Assembly: GCA_002633005.1 (NCBI GenBank)
Contig: NMRA01000139.1
Location: 434,001 to 497,096, forward strand
DNA length: 63,096 nucleotides
Direction of reading: 5' to 3'
Source of the DNA: Phoronis australis
Lineage: Eukaryota; Animalia; Phoronida
Every line of letters begins with the position of its first letter. The stretch's first letter is position 1. Positions 29,501-44,500 of the stretch are shown here, in pieces. The notes below the pieces were generated by a model. That model had not been told where the DNA came from. It saw only the letters and a list, made by a program, of their open reading frames with translations, and did no database searches. The position numbers and the translations under genes are program-made.

Positions 29501-32500
29501 AGTTTTCAAGGGGAGGGAATAATACTCGTTGTCTTGCCAATGGCCACGCCGAGAAATGCTGTGCTGTAGTGTATTGCTAAATCATATGGCTGGACCAAAA
29601 TACGGAAAAAGCCTTTGCACCTGGAAATCATATGTACGCACCAAATAGACTATGCAAACAGTCTAGCTAAAAATTGCTAATATTTTGTTTTGCTAATAAG
29701 GGGAATCATTGTAATTTATATGTGATTTTAATGTTATTGTGTATTAAATAAGCTTGGCTTAAATTACATTGTACAATAAGAATTCAGTTCCAAGAAATAT
29801 AGTATTTCACTTGCTGTTAGCACATGGACCCGTCTTCTGCCTTTCCCCCTTTTTCTTTGTTTCGGACTAGTCCACAATTTCCTTTGTGCACGACCACACA
29901 CTGTGACCTTTTGTATAGACAAATGGCATTGGTTAACGTCTACTCAGACTCGATAGGAGCGCACCGCATTGATGTTTTTTACTGCTGGAGCATCGAGACG
30001 CAGATCAAACTTAACCTTAAATTCATGGTAAAAACAGCACAGAGAATTGAAAATATATTGATTTTCATCAAGGAAATGGTAGAGTGTTTTTTGCGTTCTG
30101 AAAATTTGTTCGCCATCTGGGCGACTGGCATGTGAACTTCTACTTGCCCAGCACTATTTTTACTGGTACTGACCACTGGGCGAGAGGCTAAGTGTATCCC
30201 TGCACTTGTGTGTCATAGTGACTTCATCGCAAAATATGAATATTGTAGAAATATCCAAAAAGATGTAGTGTCTATCTAGTCTTAGACCACAAGTTGAATT
30301 TCTTGTTTCCATGGCTTCTGTACACTACCTTATTTATGTGGCCAGGTAAATGTGTTTATGTCAGTGCAGATATAGTCGTCTTCTCGTCTTGGCGTTCCAT
30401 TGTCCTGTTGTCCTGTTTTCCATTCGTTTTCTGAGAAACCCCTGGATGTATTTTATTGACATTTGACACAAATGTGTATGGTGCAGGTCAGTTTTCAGTC
30501 ACCTCTGCACACGGGCCCAGGAGACAGAGCTTATCTGTAATGAATAACATTTCTGGAGAGTCGACAATCAGATTTCAATGAAACTTTTCACATAGGTATA
30601 TTTTGGCAATACGCCAGCACCAGATCATTTTTGAGCCAATTTGTCACCACTGCGGCACCTTCCAGTGTCAATTTGGGCTCGACAAGATCTTTTTTCAATA
30701 TTTTTAAGAAATGAACATGTCTGGGATACTTGGAGAACCTGTTGATGGATTTCAATGAAATTTTACATGGTTGTATGTGACGGCATTGTACTGAAAGTAA
30801 GGGAGGGGGGGCATTCAAGCACTGCAGCACCTTCTAGTGGCCATTTTGGTCTAACATGGGACTTGTTCAGTAATGTTGAGGGAGAAGCCTCCGCGGATAA
30901 TATCTAAAGATGGCCTGATGGGCTTCAATGAAACTTGACACAGATGTATGATAATGTTGGTGGATAAAGGGTTCCAGGTGGTATATAGAGAATGGATTGG
31001 TGGATTTCAGAGCACCCTGTAGTAGCTATTGTGATCTCAACAAGGGTTTTAGTATTTGATGCACGGGCATCTTTATTTGCGGTTGCATATTGTTTTTAGC
31101 CTGTTTGGTTGTCTGGTCGTTTGGTTGTCGGCGTGATATCTCAAAAAGTCCTTGTGGCATGTTTATGAAGTAGCACAGAGAAGCAGGTCATTAACAGAGT
31201 GACAAATGCCGCTTTTTATGCTGACCTGCTCCCAAAAATTAAATTTAATCGTCAGTTTGTGGGTTTTGTTGTAGTGACAAACAAGTCGATTTACCCTCAT
31301 GATGACATCCTGACATACTGCAATACAGATTTGAGGAGCGGCCATCTGAAATACAGCATAACTTCCTTGGGGTACCCTTTCTTGGGCCGTTTACCCATTA
31401 ACCACAGTGGAGCCCCGCCAGGTACACCGTTCAAGAAAAGCTTCTCATTCCGTCGAACGGATTACGTTGTCGATGGAATAGACTCTTTACGTAAGTTGTT
31501 AATTGGGTAATCTCTTGATCATCACTTTGAACACACAAATAAGTGCAACAATATGTGATTTTCCTCTTCTCAAAAATTGTTCATTACTATGCTAAAAAAC
31601 AAGTGGTTAACGTGTGGTATAAGCCATATACATAAGGAGGTGAGTTTTAGGGAAAAGGTGAGTTATGTTGTGCTTACCAAATTCACAATTGATGATTTGG
31701 CAATGCCATTTTTAAGGTACTCTAACTCCTTAAAGCATCTTCTAATCCTTGCTTGCTGAAGGCTTTGATGTTCAAATCAATAGTTATGTAGGGCCCAATG
31801 GAGTTGTCCAGATTTGGCTAAGCTTAGAACGTCATATCTCTGATCGCAGTCATATGAAATTCAGATATTGTGCTTTGTTGGCTGTTGTTTGTAAACATGT
31901 TAGGAATGGTTTTTGAAACTTCCCGTGTTGCATGATGGGATATCAAAATCCATGACCTTTATGATTTTTCTGAGAAAACTAAAAAGTTGCATAAAACATA
32001 AAACGAAAACGAAATGATGATTTAGAAACTGTTGGAGTGTTTTTTAGATTTCATCTTGAAAATTTATATCAAATGCAATTTGGGTCACGTGATTGTTGTT
32101 ACTGTTGTTGTTTTGATATGAATGTACCTTTCATTTTTGCTATTTTTTAAAAAAGACATGGTCATGTGACCCAATTAAAGAGTTTCCATCATGCATTTTC
32201 TTAGTTTTTGAGCTTTCAGTTTGCTAATATGAAATTAATATCATAAAACCTAACTAAGTGACCACTTTTTATACCAAATATTCACTGGCAAAGGCCACAG
32301 TAAGCCCGGGTTAGACTATTCGTATTCACTATTGCCAAGACGGAATGAACACTGCCTATAGGAAATGATAAGCTTACGTGTGTGGTAGCACTCGATCTAG
32401 GCCGGGGTAGAGGGCCTGGCATCACTCGCCCTAGAATGGAAGCAATTTGTTCGTTATTTGTAAAACTTGCAAAATGCACTTAAGGGGTGGTGAGTCCTTC

Positions 32501-35500
32501 ATCGTAATGCAGCTTTTGTGTGTGGTCAAAACACGATTCTTTGAAATGTGCCGAACAAAGTGTGGCTGCCGACTGCATCGCATGTTCCACACTAACACCC
32601 TCGTGTGGCGCACAAGCCAATCCAACCTTCACCTATTTAGGAAATTTGAACTGAGAAGCATTCTCAATCAAGTTGTTGTTAACACAGCCTCCAAAACGCA
32701 CCTATTCATGTCTGAATAAGGCGGCTCTCTGTGGACTTTCCTCACAACTCCTCAGTATCGCACTGGTAAAAACAACAGCGGCGGAGACGGTCTTCCACCC
32801 ATTACGTACAAACCTGATATAACAGAAAAATTTTTTTTTTTTACTTTTTGGCTCGTTTCTTAGCAACAAGTGTATTAAAGGATATTAAATTACCTACGCT
32901 GTATTAATGAAATTCCTTTTGAGACACAGGGTCATGGTGGGAACTCTGTATGGAAGATTGGACGTCGCATATATTTAAAGATCAAATTACTCAGGCTTTC
33001 TATTTGTATTGTTTTGTATATATTTGACTAAGTACACCGATTTGTTGTGGATAAGGTCCTTCATAACATTAATACCCTTCATGTTGCTCATTTTCGTTAT
33101 TTGTCAGATCATTAGATATATTATCCCTATATTGTTATGATAAAAGATGAATGAAGTAGAAAACAGGTCACTTTTTGTAACCCCATGCTGAGAAATACTG
33201 ATGAAAAATATTCGTGGTGGATCGGGGCTCTGTATGCAGTCTTCAAACTCACGATTACATGTTTATGCGCCCACATATTTATATGTGATCGCATTATGCT
33301 GTCATCTCTGCCCGTCCGTCCGGCGTCGGGCCGTCATCCTCTGCTCTATCCGCAAAACCCTTTGTCGTAATATGTTCATGAAATTTTGCACATAATTATG
33401 TTCTTTTCATGGATGGGACAAAATGAGCGAACTTTCGGATGGATCTGACTACAGTGGCCCCTAGTGCCAATTTTAGTGTTTTATATTTACCTCAGTCTAT
33501 ATCTTCAAAGGTCCTCAACGTATTTTCATAAAATTTGGCATATAGGCATCTATTAGTGAGATGACACTATCCTTTCGTTTTCGGATGGATTCGACATATT
33601 TTGCTCCACCAAGTGGCCATTTTTGATGTTTTCGAGTCTGTCTTTTGGCATCCACCCCTCTATCAACCAAACCGCTCTAAGGATGATTGTGAAAATAGGT
33701 GTGTATGTTCTTACTGCGAATAGGACGGCTGACAATGATTTTCTGATGACTTTGACTACTGTAGCACCTCCTAGTGGCATTTTTTGCCCATGGCTGTATC
33801 TCCTTAACTGTTTGCAGGGTCTGTACTAAATTCTGCCATTGTATTTATATGATGTTGAGAATGGATAGCAACAACTTTCAGATGGATCTGCCCCCTGGTG
33901 GCAATTTTAGTTTTTTAGGTTTACCTCTGTATCTTCAAAAGTTCTCAACGGATTTTCAGAAAATTTGGAATATACGGTAAACATCTTTTGGTGAGATGTT
34001 GCTATCCTCCTGTTTTCGTATGGAATCGAGGTACTTTGCGCCACCTAATGGCCATTTTTTTCTGTTTTTGAGTCTAGTTTTTGGTGTCCACCCCTCAATC
34101 AACCAAACCATTATAAGGATAATTTTGAAAATTGGTGTATATGTTCTTGGTGTGAAGAGAACGGTTGACGATAACGAATTAGACCACTGTGGAGCCTCGT
34201 AGTGGTAGTTTTGTTTTGTTTTGCGCCCATAGCTGCATCTCCTTAACACACTGCGAGATCTTTTTAAATTGTATTGATATGAAGATAACAGACGACGTCT
34301 TTCAGCCGGATCCAATGAACGCTGTGCCCCATAGTGGCAATTTCATTTTTTCCGTTTTCCTTTGTTTCTCTGAAGTTCCTTGGCAGATTTTAATGAAATG
34401 TGGTAAAGAGCCTTCAATTAAAGAAGCGGTGGCATTTTTCCATTTTCAGATGGATTGGATGTTTTTGCGCCATCTAGTGGCTATTTTTATGAAACAAATA
34501 AATTCCCCTAGGAGCACACCGTTTGTGGTGCATTTGTGGGCACATTTCAACGCTCGGCATTCCTCTTGTTTTACAATTGTGTCGACAAGTGTGTTGGCTT
34601 ACATGAATGCATCTCTTTTCCTTAAGTTTGTCTCATTAATGGCTGTGTTGTCTTAATTAACCTTTCATGTTGTAGATCCTGATCACTTCCTGAAGACCTA
34701 TCCGATCCCATTGGATGACAAGTACATTTTCACATTCCACGAGGCTACGGCTCGGGAGACCAAGACTAATCAGGAGTTCTTTTCCGTTTACCCCTATGCC
34801 AGTAGTGTCTGTATGGTATGACCATGCGGCTGGACGCATTGTTTTTATTAATGCGTGTGTTTGGAGGGCGTGGTTGTGCATGCATGCTTGTGTCAGTCAC
34901 TATATTGTGGGAGTGCCCAGAGTTAAAAGTAGTGGAATAGCGTATCCACTCAAATCCAGTACTGAATATGTAAAGCATTGTTTTCATTTTTGGCAAGCAA
35001 CATGTTCTTCTTGGTTATCAACGTCATGAGAAAATACAATAAGTAGCCTCATTTCAGTAAAAGCGTTTCATGTGACGTGAGGGTGCTGCCATTGTTTGCA
35101 AATTTTTATCCGCGTATTTTTCTACAGCGCAGACCCTAATGGCTGTCTAAAGTACTGATCACTCCTGGCGGCAGTGTTTGTGATGCTTACTGTTGGGACA
35201 TATCAGCGCTTTGCGATGTCACACATAACTGCAGCCATATTTTCATCATTCTCCAAAATCCTCTAGTAGATGAATGTTTGTGGAATTCTTGCAGATAGTT
35301 TTCTGTTGTGGGTGGTGTGCCACAAGCAAAGTTTCATACAGATTCATCTGCCTTTTGTGGCCGGTTTGGTTGTTAACGTTCTTAGTCTCTATGTTTTCCG
35401 AAATCCCATGGCAGATGTTCATAAGCTTTAGCCAATATTTATTTATTTACTTTTTAATTTTATGTACTGTATGGACCACCACGGAAATAAGTCTTGTGTT

Positions 35501-38500
35501 ATGAAATAGTGTTCATAAGTGTTAAATTTCTTGTAATTTGTACCTATTACTGTAGTTATTACGGTAATTATGTATATTATCAAATAAACTAATAACAATA
35601 GTAATAATAATACTAGGCTTGATTATGAAGACAATGACACCCATCTCATTACTACTAACTAGTGGACCACTACCTAGTGGTCATTGTTATACCCATCTCA
35701 TTACCACTAACTAGTGGACCACTACCTAGTGGTCATTGTTATACCCATCTCATTACTACTAACTAGTGGACCACTACCTAGTGGTCATTGCTATACCCAT
35801 CTCATTACTACTAACTAGTGGACCACTACCTAGTGGTCATTGTTATACCCATCTCATTAATACTAACTAGTGGATCACTACCTAGTGGTCATTGTTATAC
35901 CCATCTCATTACTACTAACTAGTGGGCCACTACCTAGTGGTCATTGCTATACCCATCTCATTACTACTAACTAGTGGACCACTACCTAGTGGTCATTGTT
36001 ATACCCATCTCATTACCACTAACTAGTGGACCACTACCTAGTGGTCATTGTTATCGCTTTGTTTCTATTATTGTTGTCCATATGACCACATCTGTATTCT
36101 ACCAAACGGATGTGTTGTTAGTGTAATGAGCACAAATGGCGTTGATTTATGGATGGGTTAATCTTCTATGGGGCCCCCTAGCGGCATTTTTTCTGTGTGC
36201 CTCGTGAAATTTGGTACATGTGTTCTTATTGAGGAGAGTACAGCCGACGCTGACTTTGAGACGAATCTGAATTGGCTGTAATGCATTCCTTTGTGGCGAT
36301 TTAGGTTTTCTTAGTGTATGCCTCCATATTTACCAAATTCGCGAATGGATTTTCACGAAGTATATATAGTAAGTTCCTAATAATATTTTGCGCATAGTGG
36401 CTTTTAATTTGCTAGCAGTGAGACATTCACACTCATTAGGCCTTTTGAAATTGTCGTTCAGGATCAGTGAAAGTTAGTTGTTTGTGAACCTTGCTGTTTG
36501 TCATATAACCCCTCGTAATCGTGGTAATTTTATTTTTTCTCCTGCCTCATTGTCTTTTTTCACGTTTCGTGATTGATCTTCATGATGCTACGCTCGTAGA
36601 GAGCAATGCTGGCATTGCTTACTGTAGTGGCAATGTTCAAAATAGTCATCATCCTTGCATATGTGTTGGGCACATAACAATGCTTGGGGATTCACATGTT
36701 TAGCCCCTTTTGATAGCTAGTTTATGCAGCTTATTTCGTTTTCTGAGGTTACCCAAGTACTCAAATTCATATTAGTGCTATTTGAACCTTGGTGTGCTTG
36801 CCTCCTTTTCAAGAACCTTGTTTTTATTGACCCAGAATAGTTTATAATTAGCATTTGTTGCGTACTTTTCAGATGGACGATGGGTTCAACACAGGATATT
36901 ATAACACCGAAGTGAGCTCCGATTTCAAAACCCTCATTTCCACTAGACTCGTGTGTCGTTCTCAAGGGTTTGGAGACATTATCTTGAACGAGGCATGGGA
37001 CATCAAGCGTCATTCCAAACACCCGGAGATGGTGTACATCCTGTTTTCTACTAGAATTGAGTATGTATGTGTGCTCTGTTTGAATTCTGGTGCCACAAAT
37101 GGTATTTCCTTCTGTGGAGAATGTTGTCCACAGAATACTGTTTATGCTTCGAATAGGAGAACAAAAGTCCATTCCTTGGTTAAAACCGTCAGTATTTTAA
37201 TGTAGCTAATGTTGAAGGTGATCAACTCCACACAGTCATTATGTTGTATGTGGAATGTGATCAGTGTTAATTGTGAAGACAGTGAACGTGCATCATTTTG
37301 TCTAATTATGTGCCCATATATTGACATTTTGGGCCTGGAAGGGCTATTAAGGAAGCTGGCATAGTGGCTTAGAATTTTGCGGATGTTTCTAAAGCATGAG
37401 TGTCGTTCACACACAATTGGCCTTTTGAAATCGACATGAAAGGTCAGTGAATGTAATTCTTTGTGAACCATGCTCGACTGTGAGTTCCAGTTGACCTGTG
37501 CAAGAAAACACAACTTCAAACGGGCTTATGTTCCCGCTATTTGTTTTGAATAGTCAAGTCTGGGATGAGTATTTGGTGGCACATTGTTGTCATATCTGTC
37601 TGGCATCGACCAGCTGTATCTTCTAAACCTTTCCAGGATTGTTATGAAGTTTGGCAATTGAGTAGCTGCTTACTAGTATGGATTGTCATAGGTAGTTTAG
37701 TGCAGATTTATATATATGGAGCACTGGTTTTTATGCGCCCACATATTTATGTGATGACGCTATCATCCCGTTTTCAGATGGATTCGATGTAGTTTGAGCC
37801 ACCCAGTGGCTATTTTTACTGTTATCGAGTTTTTTTGGCGTCCATGTGTCTATCAACCAAACCGCTCTAAGGATGATTGTGAAAGTTGGCATGTAAGTGT
37901 TCTACGAACAGGACAGCTGTCGATGATTTTCTGACGACTTCGACTACTGTGGCACCTCCTAGTGACAGTTCCGTTTTTTTGCGCCCATGCCTGTTTCTCC
38001 TAAACCGTTTGCAGGATCGTAGCTAAATTTAGCATGTGTATTTATTTGATGTTGACAACAGATGAAGACAATTTTATTTAGTTTTTAGGTTTACCCCTGT
38101 ATCTTCAAAGGTCCTCAATGGTTTTTCAGAAAATTTGGAATATATTTATACACAAAACGAACCGAGAGTGGCGTAGATGAAGTAATATCCCACGAGACAT
38201 TATTCCTCATAGCGGAATAATGTCGAGTAGGATTACTTCATCTATGCCGATCAAGGTACATTTTTTATTTATCCCATACGCTTCGAATTCTTATTTCTTT
38301 CATTTTTTTCGCCAGATTTTTTATATACTTCACTCAGTCTGTTTACCTGACCAATCACATCCTATAGTACTTGCGCGTTAGGCTGCAAGTTTTCTCTAGT
38401 AAAAGAAATAGTTTTAAATGTAACGATTTATTACTTGAAAAGAGATAACAAAGATGAAAGCAATGATAACTGTGCATTCTTCTCAAAATAGTATTGTAGT

Positions 38501-41500
38501 TACCGAGGAATCGGCGCCTGAGTTGCAGACAATATAATATTTAGCAAATGAAAACTGAGACAGAACTGTCATAAACAGTTTTGTTTCAGATGTTACGATT
38601 GGCACCTGATTGCATGTTGAGTGTTATTTACACTGCTGCAATTGTATTACTTTAAACTATTTTCGGAAAGTTTGATGATCAAATAGGCTAACGACGTCGA
38701 ATGGACATTGACCTTCCTTTTGAACTTTCCATGTCAAAGGTTACTGTTGAAGTAGTGCGTGAGGTGAATACCGAAAACAATATAACATGGCTGCATTGCA
38801 CTCGACTGATTCAACGCGTATGGGATAAAGCATCTATTGGCGAGATGATGCTATCCTCCCGTTTTTGGATGGAATTGAGGTACTTTGCGCCACCTAGTGG
38901 CCATTTTTGCTCTCTTTTGGCATCCACCCCGATCAACCAAACCATTCTAATGAGGATGATTTTGAAAATTGGCGTGTATGTTCTCGGTGTGAAGAGAACG
39001 GTTGACGATGATGAGTTTGACTATTGTGCCGCCTCCTAGTGCTAGTTTTGGTTTGGTTTGCGCCCATAGCTGCATCTCCTAAACCCTCTGCAGGAACTTT
39101 ATTAAATTAAGTAATTGTATTTATATGAAGCTAACAACAGACGACGAAGTCTGTCAGGGGGGTCCAAAGAATGCTGTGCCTCATTGTGGTAATTTCATTT
39201 TTTCCATTTTCCTTTGTGTGTCTGAAGTTCCTTGACAGATTTTTATGAAATTTGGTAAGAAGCAATGGTTCCCGTTTTCAGATGGATTAGACATTTTTGC
39301 ACCATCTAGTTGCCGTTTTTATGAAACAAACAAACAAGCTTACAAGCACACTGTTTGCAGTGCATTCCTGGGCACATATTGCTCTGCATTGCTCATGTTG
39401 TGGTTGTATTACTTAAGAGAATTTGAAACACAAGATTCGCTGTCTTATCCAAGATCTACATCATATTCCATTTATAAATAGCTTAACTTTTGCCAAGGTG
39501 AGTTGAGTTAAGTGAAGAGCAAGCTATGCTGTTGGTTGGAATAAATAACAACCAGAGAGAGTGCTGGTGATTGGCTACAGATCAGCAGCATTACATAATG
39601 AGAGTTGCTTAGTGTTCTTGAATGTTCGAGGACAGACGTTTGTTTCTAACGAAGCAAGTATGAAGAGATCTTTGGATATGACCATGCCAATATCAGGGGT
39701 AAAAATGATATTGTCTTCTATTTTATCAACACTGATATGCCTAGGATTGGCTGTGCTTAAGTTGAATCTTTGGGATGCTGAAAGTTTTGCAAATCAGTGC
39801 ATATAAGTGGCCATGATGACTTTAAAAGAAGAAGTTTACCATATGTGTGATTCTCAGGTAAATCCAGTGTACGCCACTTTATTGTTATTAGTATTCTTCA
39901 TTTAAATGGGCATTTAAGTTAACTTTTGTCACACAAAAGTGTTCTCGGAATTTTGAGCATTATTGAGCACCCATATCCCACATTGGGTTGGTTCATCACA
40001 GCCTTTTCCCATGTTCTATAGCCCAACAACAAGTTGGGAAGATGACCCCTTGTAGCCATTATCTTACACGACTGATTAACTCCATTCTGGCACTTATGGT
40101 TGGAGGGCCAGCTCTCCTTTGTTTGATAATTGCTCTAATCTCCAATAAGACCGTATCTAGTCTGACTGGGCTGTGCTGTTAAAAACAAAAGACAAGTTAT
40201 AACATATTTGAACATACACCAATAGCATTTCTGAATTCCTCATCAAATGCTGATCATGTTTAGTTTTTGAATCACTAAAATGGCTTACTACAATTGAAGT
40301 TACGACAATCTATTGTTTCCGAATGTCCTGTGTTCACACGTGGTCTGTAATAAGCCTGGTAGATGATTGGCCTGCCTGTTGTCATACCAGACAAAAGACT
40401 ATGCTTGGCAGTTAACGAAGGACACAACCCCCTACGTCTGGTAAAGTTAACTGAATGGGAAAACGCTGTCATTTCACCTATCTGTAGTTGCGAGTTACGT
40501 GTCATTCTTTAAAATGAGTCTCTCAATACGCATGCATTTCTTTGTTACAGAGAGTTTCACGATGTTGGAATGATATCTGGTGTCTGCCTATTCAACTTGT
40601 CGAAGATTATTGAGATTCAGGAGACCAGCATTCGCCGAGACTTCAAAAACGGTGGTGCCCCTGAGGAGTGGGGTGCAAAGCCCTATCAGTGGAAGCGTAA
40701 GGTCAGTGTTCTTAGTCTTGTTTAGAGTTGTATTAATTGAAACAAAATTGTGTGTGCACATTCTGGTCTTTATAGTTTCATGTGACTGTCAGCAAGGACA
40801 TCTCATCGGCAGTTGTCATTTGCTTTGATTTCGCGTTTGTCAGAAAAAAAAACCAAGCTCCTAAATAAGGCAACTGTGGTAATAGCTGGCATGTTATTCC
40901 ATTTCAAAGTTTTAAAATCTTAAATTGCAGTTTAACATCCACACTTTATAGGTGGACTAAAGCACAGAGTTGTGCACTTCTGCTTCAGTGGTAACGTTAA
41001 CTTAACTTCGTCTGGAATAATCAATAGAGGTCACAGCATCTGTCTTGTGAGACTCGATGAGACATTCATCATTTCCACTCGTGTCTTTCATAATCAACTA
41101 TCGATGGTCACACATAGTAAGATGAACAGATATGTGACAAGGTACAATACCACTGATTTGTCTCGCATTATTCATCACAAGTACTGGGAGACGTTTATTA
41201 TTTTCAAATCCATTGGTTAGAAACTATGATTCAAGTACTACCTCTGGTGTTAAAATCAGAGAACTAACGGCAACTCCAATGTCACTAGTCATTGGGAAAG
41301 ACCAGTAGAGTTGCCTTGGAGTTCCGATAGACAGGAGTTTCTGGTTGCAGTGTTGGTGAGAAAACAACTAGTTAGTTTTGTAAATTTAATATTACTCATA
41401 CATCTGTGATTGACTGGTTCATGTGACCATCTCTTTTCAGGTACGTTTGTACTAGAAGAATGGCAATAATATTTTACAAACTTGCGTTTGATTAATTTTC

Positions 41501-44500
41501 ATAATGGAATGTCAAAAATGCTGTCATTGATAGAATTCAATTTGTCTTCCTTCACAACATTACTTCCTTTGTCCGTTCAAATCCTGAAAGTGTTGTGTAA
41601 TAGTGAAACAGTTTCAGGATTAGAACGGACAAAGGAAGTAATGTGTAAGTAAGTGTTGTGTAATAGTGAAACAAGTCCTTACGCTATTTAGCTGAACAGT
41701 AAGTTATTGTTTTATTAATATTATGCAAACTGTTGTTTCATTATGAGCTGAGTGGACGTGAGAACCAAGACTTGGACAAAATTGCACTGTTTACCCGAAC
41801 CCAGTGTTTTCCACAACAGAAAATTCAAACTCGGCTTGAATTTCAAAATTCATGTACACGTGTTCAAAATTCAATGTCTGTAATGTGCGGAGTTTGAATG
41901 TTAAGTCTTGAAATAAATGCACTGAACTGGTACTAAAAATCCAAAACGTGCCAATTTGCTTTGGAAGTGACTAATCTCCTAATATTTCAAAGTCGTTGCT
42001 CAGGTTTTTAAACTTGCCGCAAGTGACGAGTCGAAGCAGGTTGGTGAAGACCACTGAAACCTCTACTTTCAGGATATTGTACGCATTATTTCGCATTGTT
42101 ATATTTCGTGTAACTTCAGTTTATTGAGTTGGGATTTCCTGCCTTTTCAAGCTGAATTTTGAAGTATATTCAAGCCTGTTATGCTATTGGATATTGTTTC
42201 GGTTCAAGTGTTTGAATTGAATCATCTGCATTTCTAATATGGCACGTAATTAATTCAGTTTGCCACCATGTGCCATTATGTGTGCTTACTTCCACTGTAG
42301 AGATGTACGGAGATCGAGCCCCATTTCCCAGAAAACAGTGCAGGCCACGACGAGTCAGCGTGGATTAGCAACCACCGAGTTACTGTAGAGAATGCCTATG
42401 CTGAGCATAACATTGCGTTAGTTACTACGTATGATACGCAGTATGAGAGCATGGTTATTGACCCGCACGGCGACTACAACTTGTTCTACTTCGCCACAGG
42501 TAGTTATCAATTTATTCATTGTGTCTCAGTCTTGGTATTTCTTCAGCTATTTAGTGCACAATATCGCTGAGTAGTGAAATTCTATTTTTATTATCAAATT
42601 TCTCCACAAAAGAAAGGATTAAGCACTATTTCTAATGTGATTGGTATTGTGTGAATGCCATGGAACTACATTTGGTAAAATTTTGTTTCCGTTATTGCAG
42701 CATTGAAAACGAAAAATGACTGTTTTGTGCGAACTAAGTCCTACCTGTCTAATTTTTGTGTTGACTTTAGTGTCTGTATGGCACTGCAAAACATGGGGTG
42801 AGATGCTACAACATTGGTCTTCCTTTTGGTGTAAGCTGATGGAATGTGTCATCTCGACTGTTACTCTTACTTCATTGGTAAACTGTTCTCACTTCTGGAG
42901 GAACGTAATCGCATAAATTTCCCTCTCATCATGTTTCAGCAGCTTCCAACTTTATTGAATGTGAAGGCTTTTTTCGAAAAGCTTTCTTTAATTTAATGAT
43001 TGTGGTGCAGAACACAATAATGGTCAAGTTTACCTATTTATTTTAGCACACAATATGGCGAACTTTTATTTTTGTCAAATTCTCAACACAAATAGAGATA
43101 ATAAACATTTTCAGTCTACGGTTAGCTTCGTTTGCTCATTTGGAAAATTTTTTCGAAGTATAGTAATTAGTCTTTGAAACATAAAAAGGGCAAAGTGTGA
43201 TGCAATTAATGTTGTGCAGAATAAGTGAAAAATTACCATACTTATCATTTACAAAAATCTTAAAATTCATCAATGTCCACCATTCTGTGTCCTAATTTGA
43301 TGAGGTGTTACCGTAATCAGGGGAGCGTACAAATGTGTGGTCACGTGTCACTGTTTGCTCAGGTTGACTACTGTTTCAGCCAACGGTGAAATACACAAAG
43401 TGCTGCAGTATTACAAGAGGATCTACGATATGACCAATAGACAAATCTATGCTACACGCAGCAATGTGCTACAGAGGTGGACTCCTTTCCTAGACACCGG
43501 TTACCACTACCAGATATGGTATTTAGACATAGCCTTGAACGGTAGCTATGTGTACGCTGCCAACGACAAACGCGTTGTGCAAATCAAGACCGACGGCCAT
43601 TGTAACGAGTACGAGGGATGTGCCAACTGTGCTCTAGACCCACATTGTGGCTGGGATACCACTTGTCAGTGTTGTGTTAGTCATGTGCCTGGAGTAACCA
43701 GGTAGGCTTCTGTTGAATGCGTTCTCTGTAAGTAGGACACGGGACTGATTTTGATGCAGGTTGTGTGTTACTCATGGCTCTCTTTTTGCTAAAGCTTTAA
43801 GCATGAAATTCAAGACAATAACTTTCTAGACATTGTTTCAGACTTTAGATGGAATTGCTCATGTTTATTGCAGGGACATTGGAATTAGGGAGTTCTCTTA
43901 CCTAGTCAAAGATCGCAATGCACTTATATTCAAACACCTCATTGGCTAAAATGGAATCCAGCAACTTCAAGTTGACTGGATGTACATCTATCTGAACACC
44001 CATTATGTGTGTGAGTTGCATTGCGTTATCTGATTATGTTAAATTGTAAATGTGTTGTGTTTAGTCATTGAGCATGTTGGCAGATGTTTTGATTATTCAT
44101 TAATCCATCTTGATGTTGTTTACATTCTCAGGCAGGACATTTATGATCAGCTTAGCGGCAATATTGTGTGTAAAACATGTGACTTCGTTGACGGCGATAG
44201 CAGTTGTGATTTGTTCACCTCTGAGAAGGCCTATACATACCAGAACGAGACTGTTAATGCTACACAAGGCGAGCAGAGTTTCTTCAGGCTCAAGGCCCCA
44301 AAATATATCCAGTGTCCACGTGTTAATCAGACAGTTTGGGAAAAAAAGTCCGGTGACACTTACAAAATGGTTGGTAGTTGGTGTTATTGGTTGGCAGTTG
44401 TTGTAAGCAAGGTCTGTCCATGTTATGTAACACTCTAGGACTGTTCAATCACTGAATGAAGTGTCCAGTCTCTTTGTCCAGGACCTGTATGGGCAATGGA

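Noticed and set aside
36717-37172. 151-aa minus-strand ORF
   Set aside because: Antisense shadow of semaphorin exon 9 with no recognisable motif.
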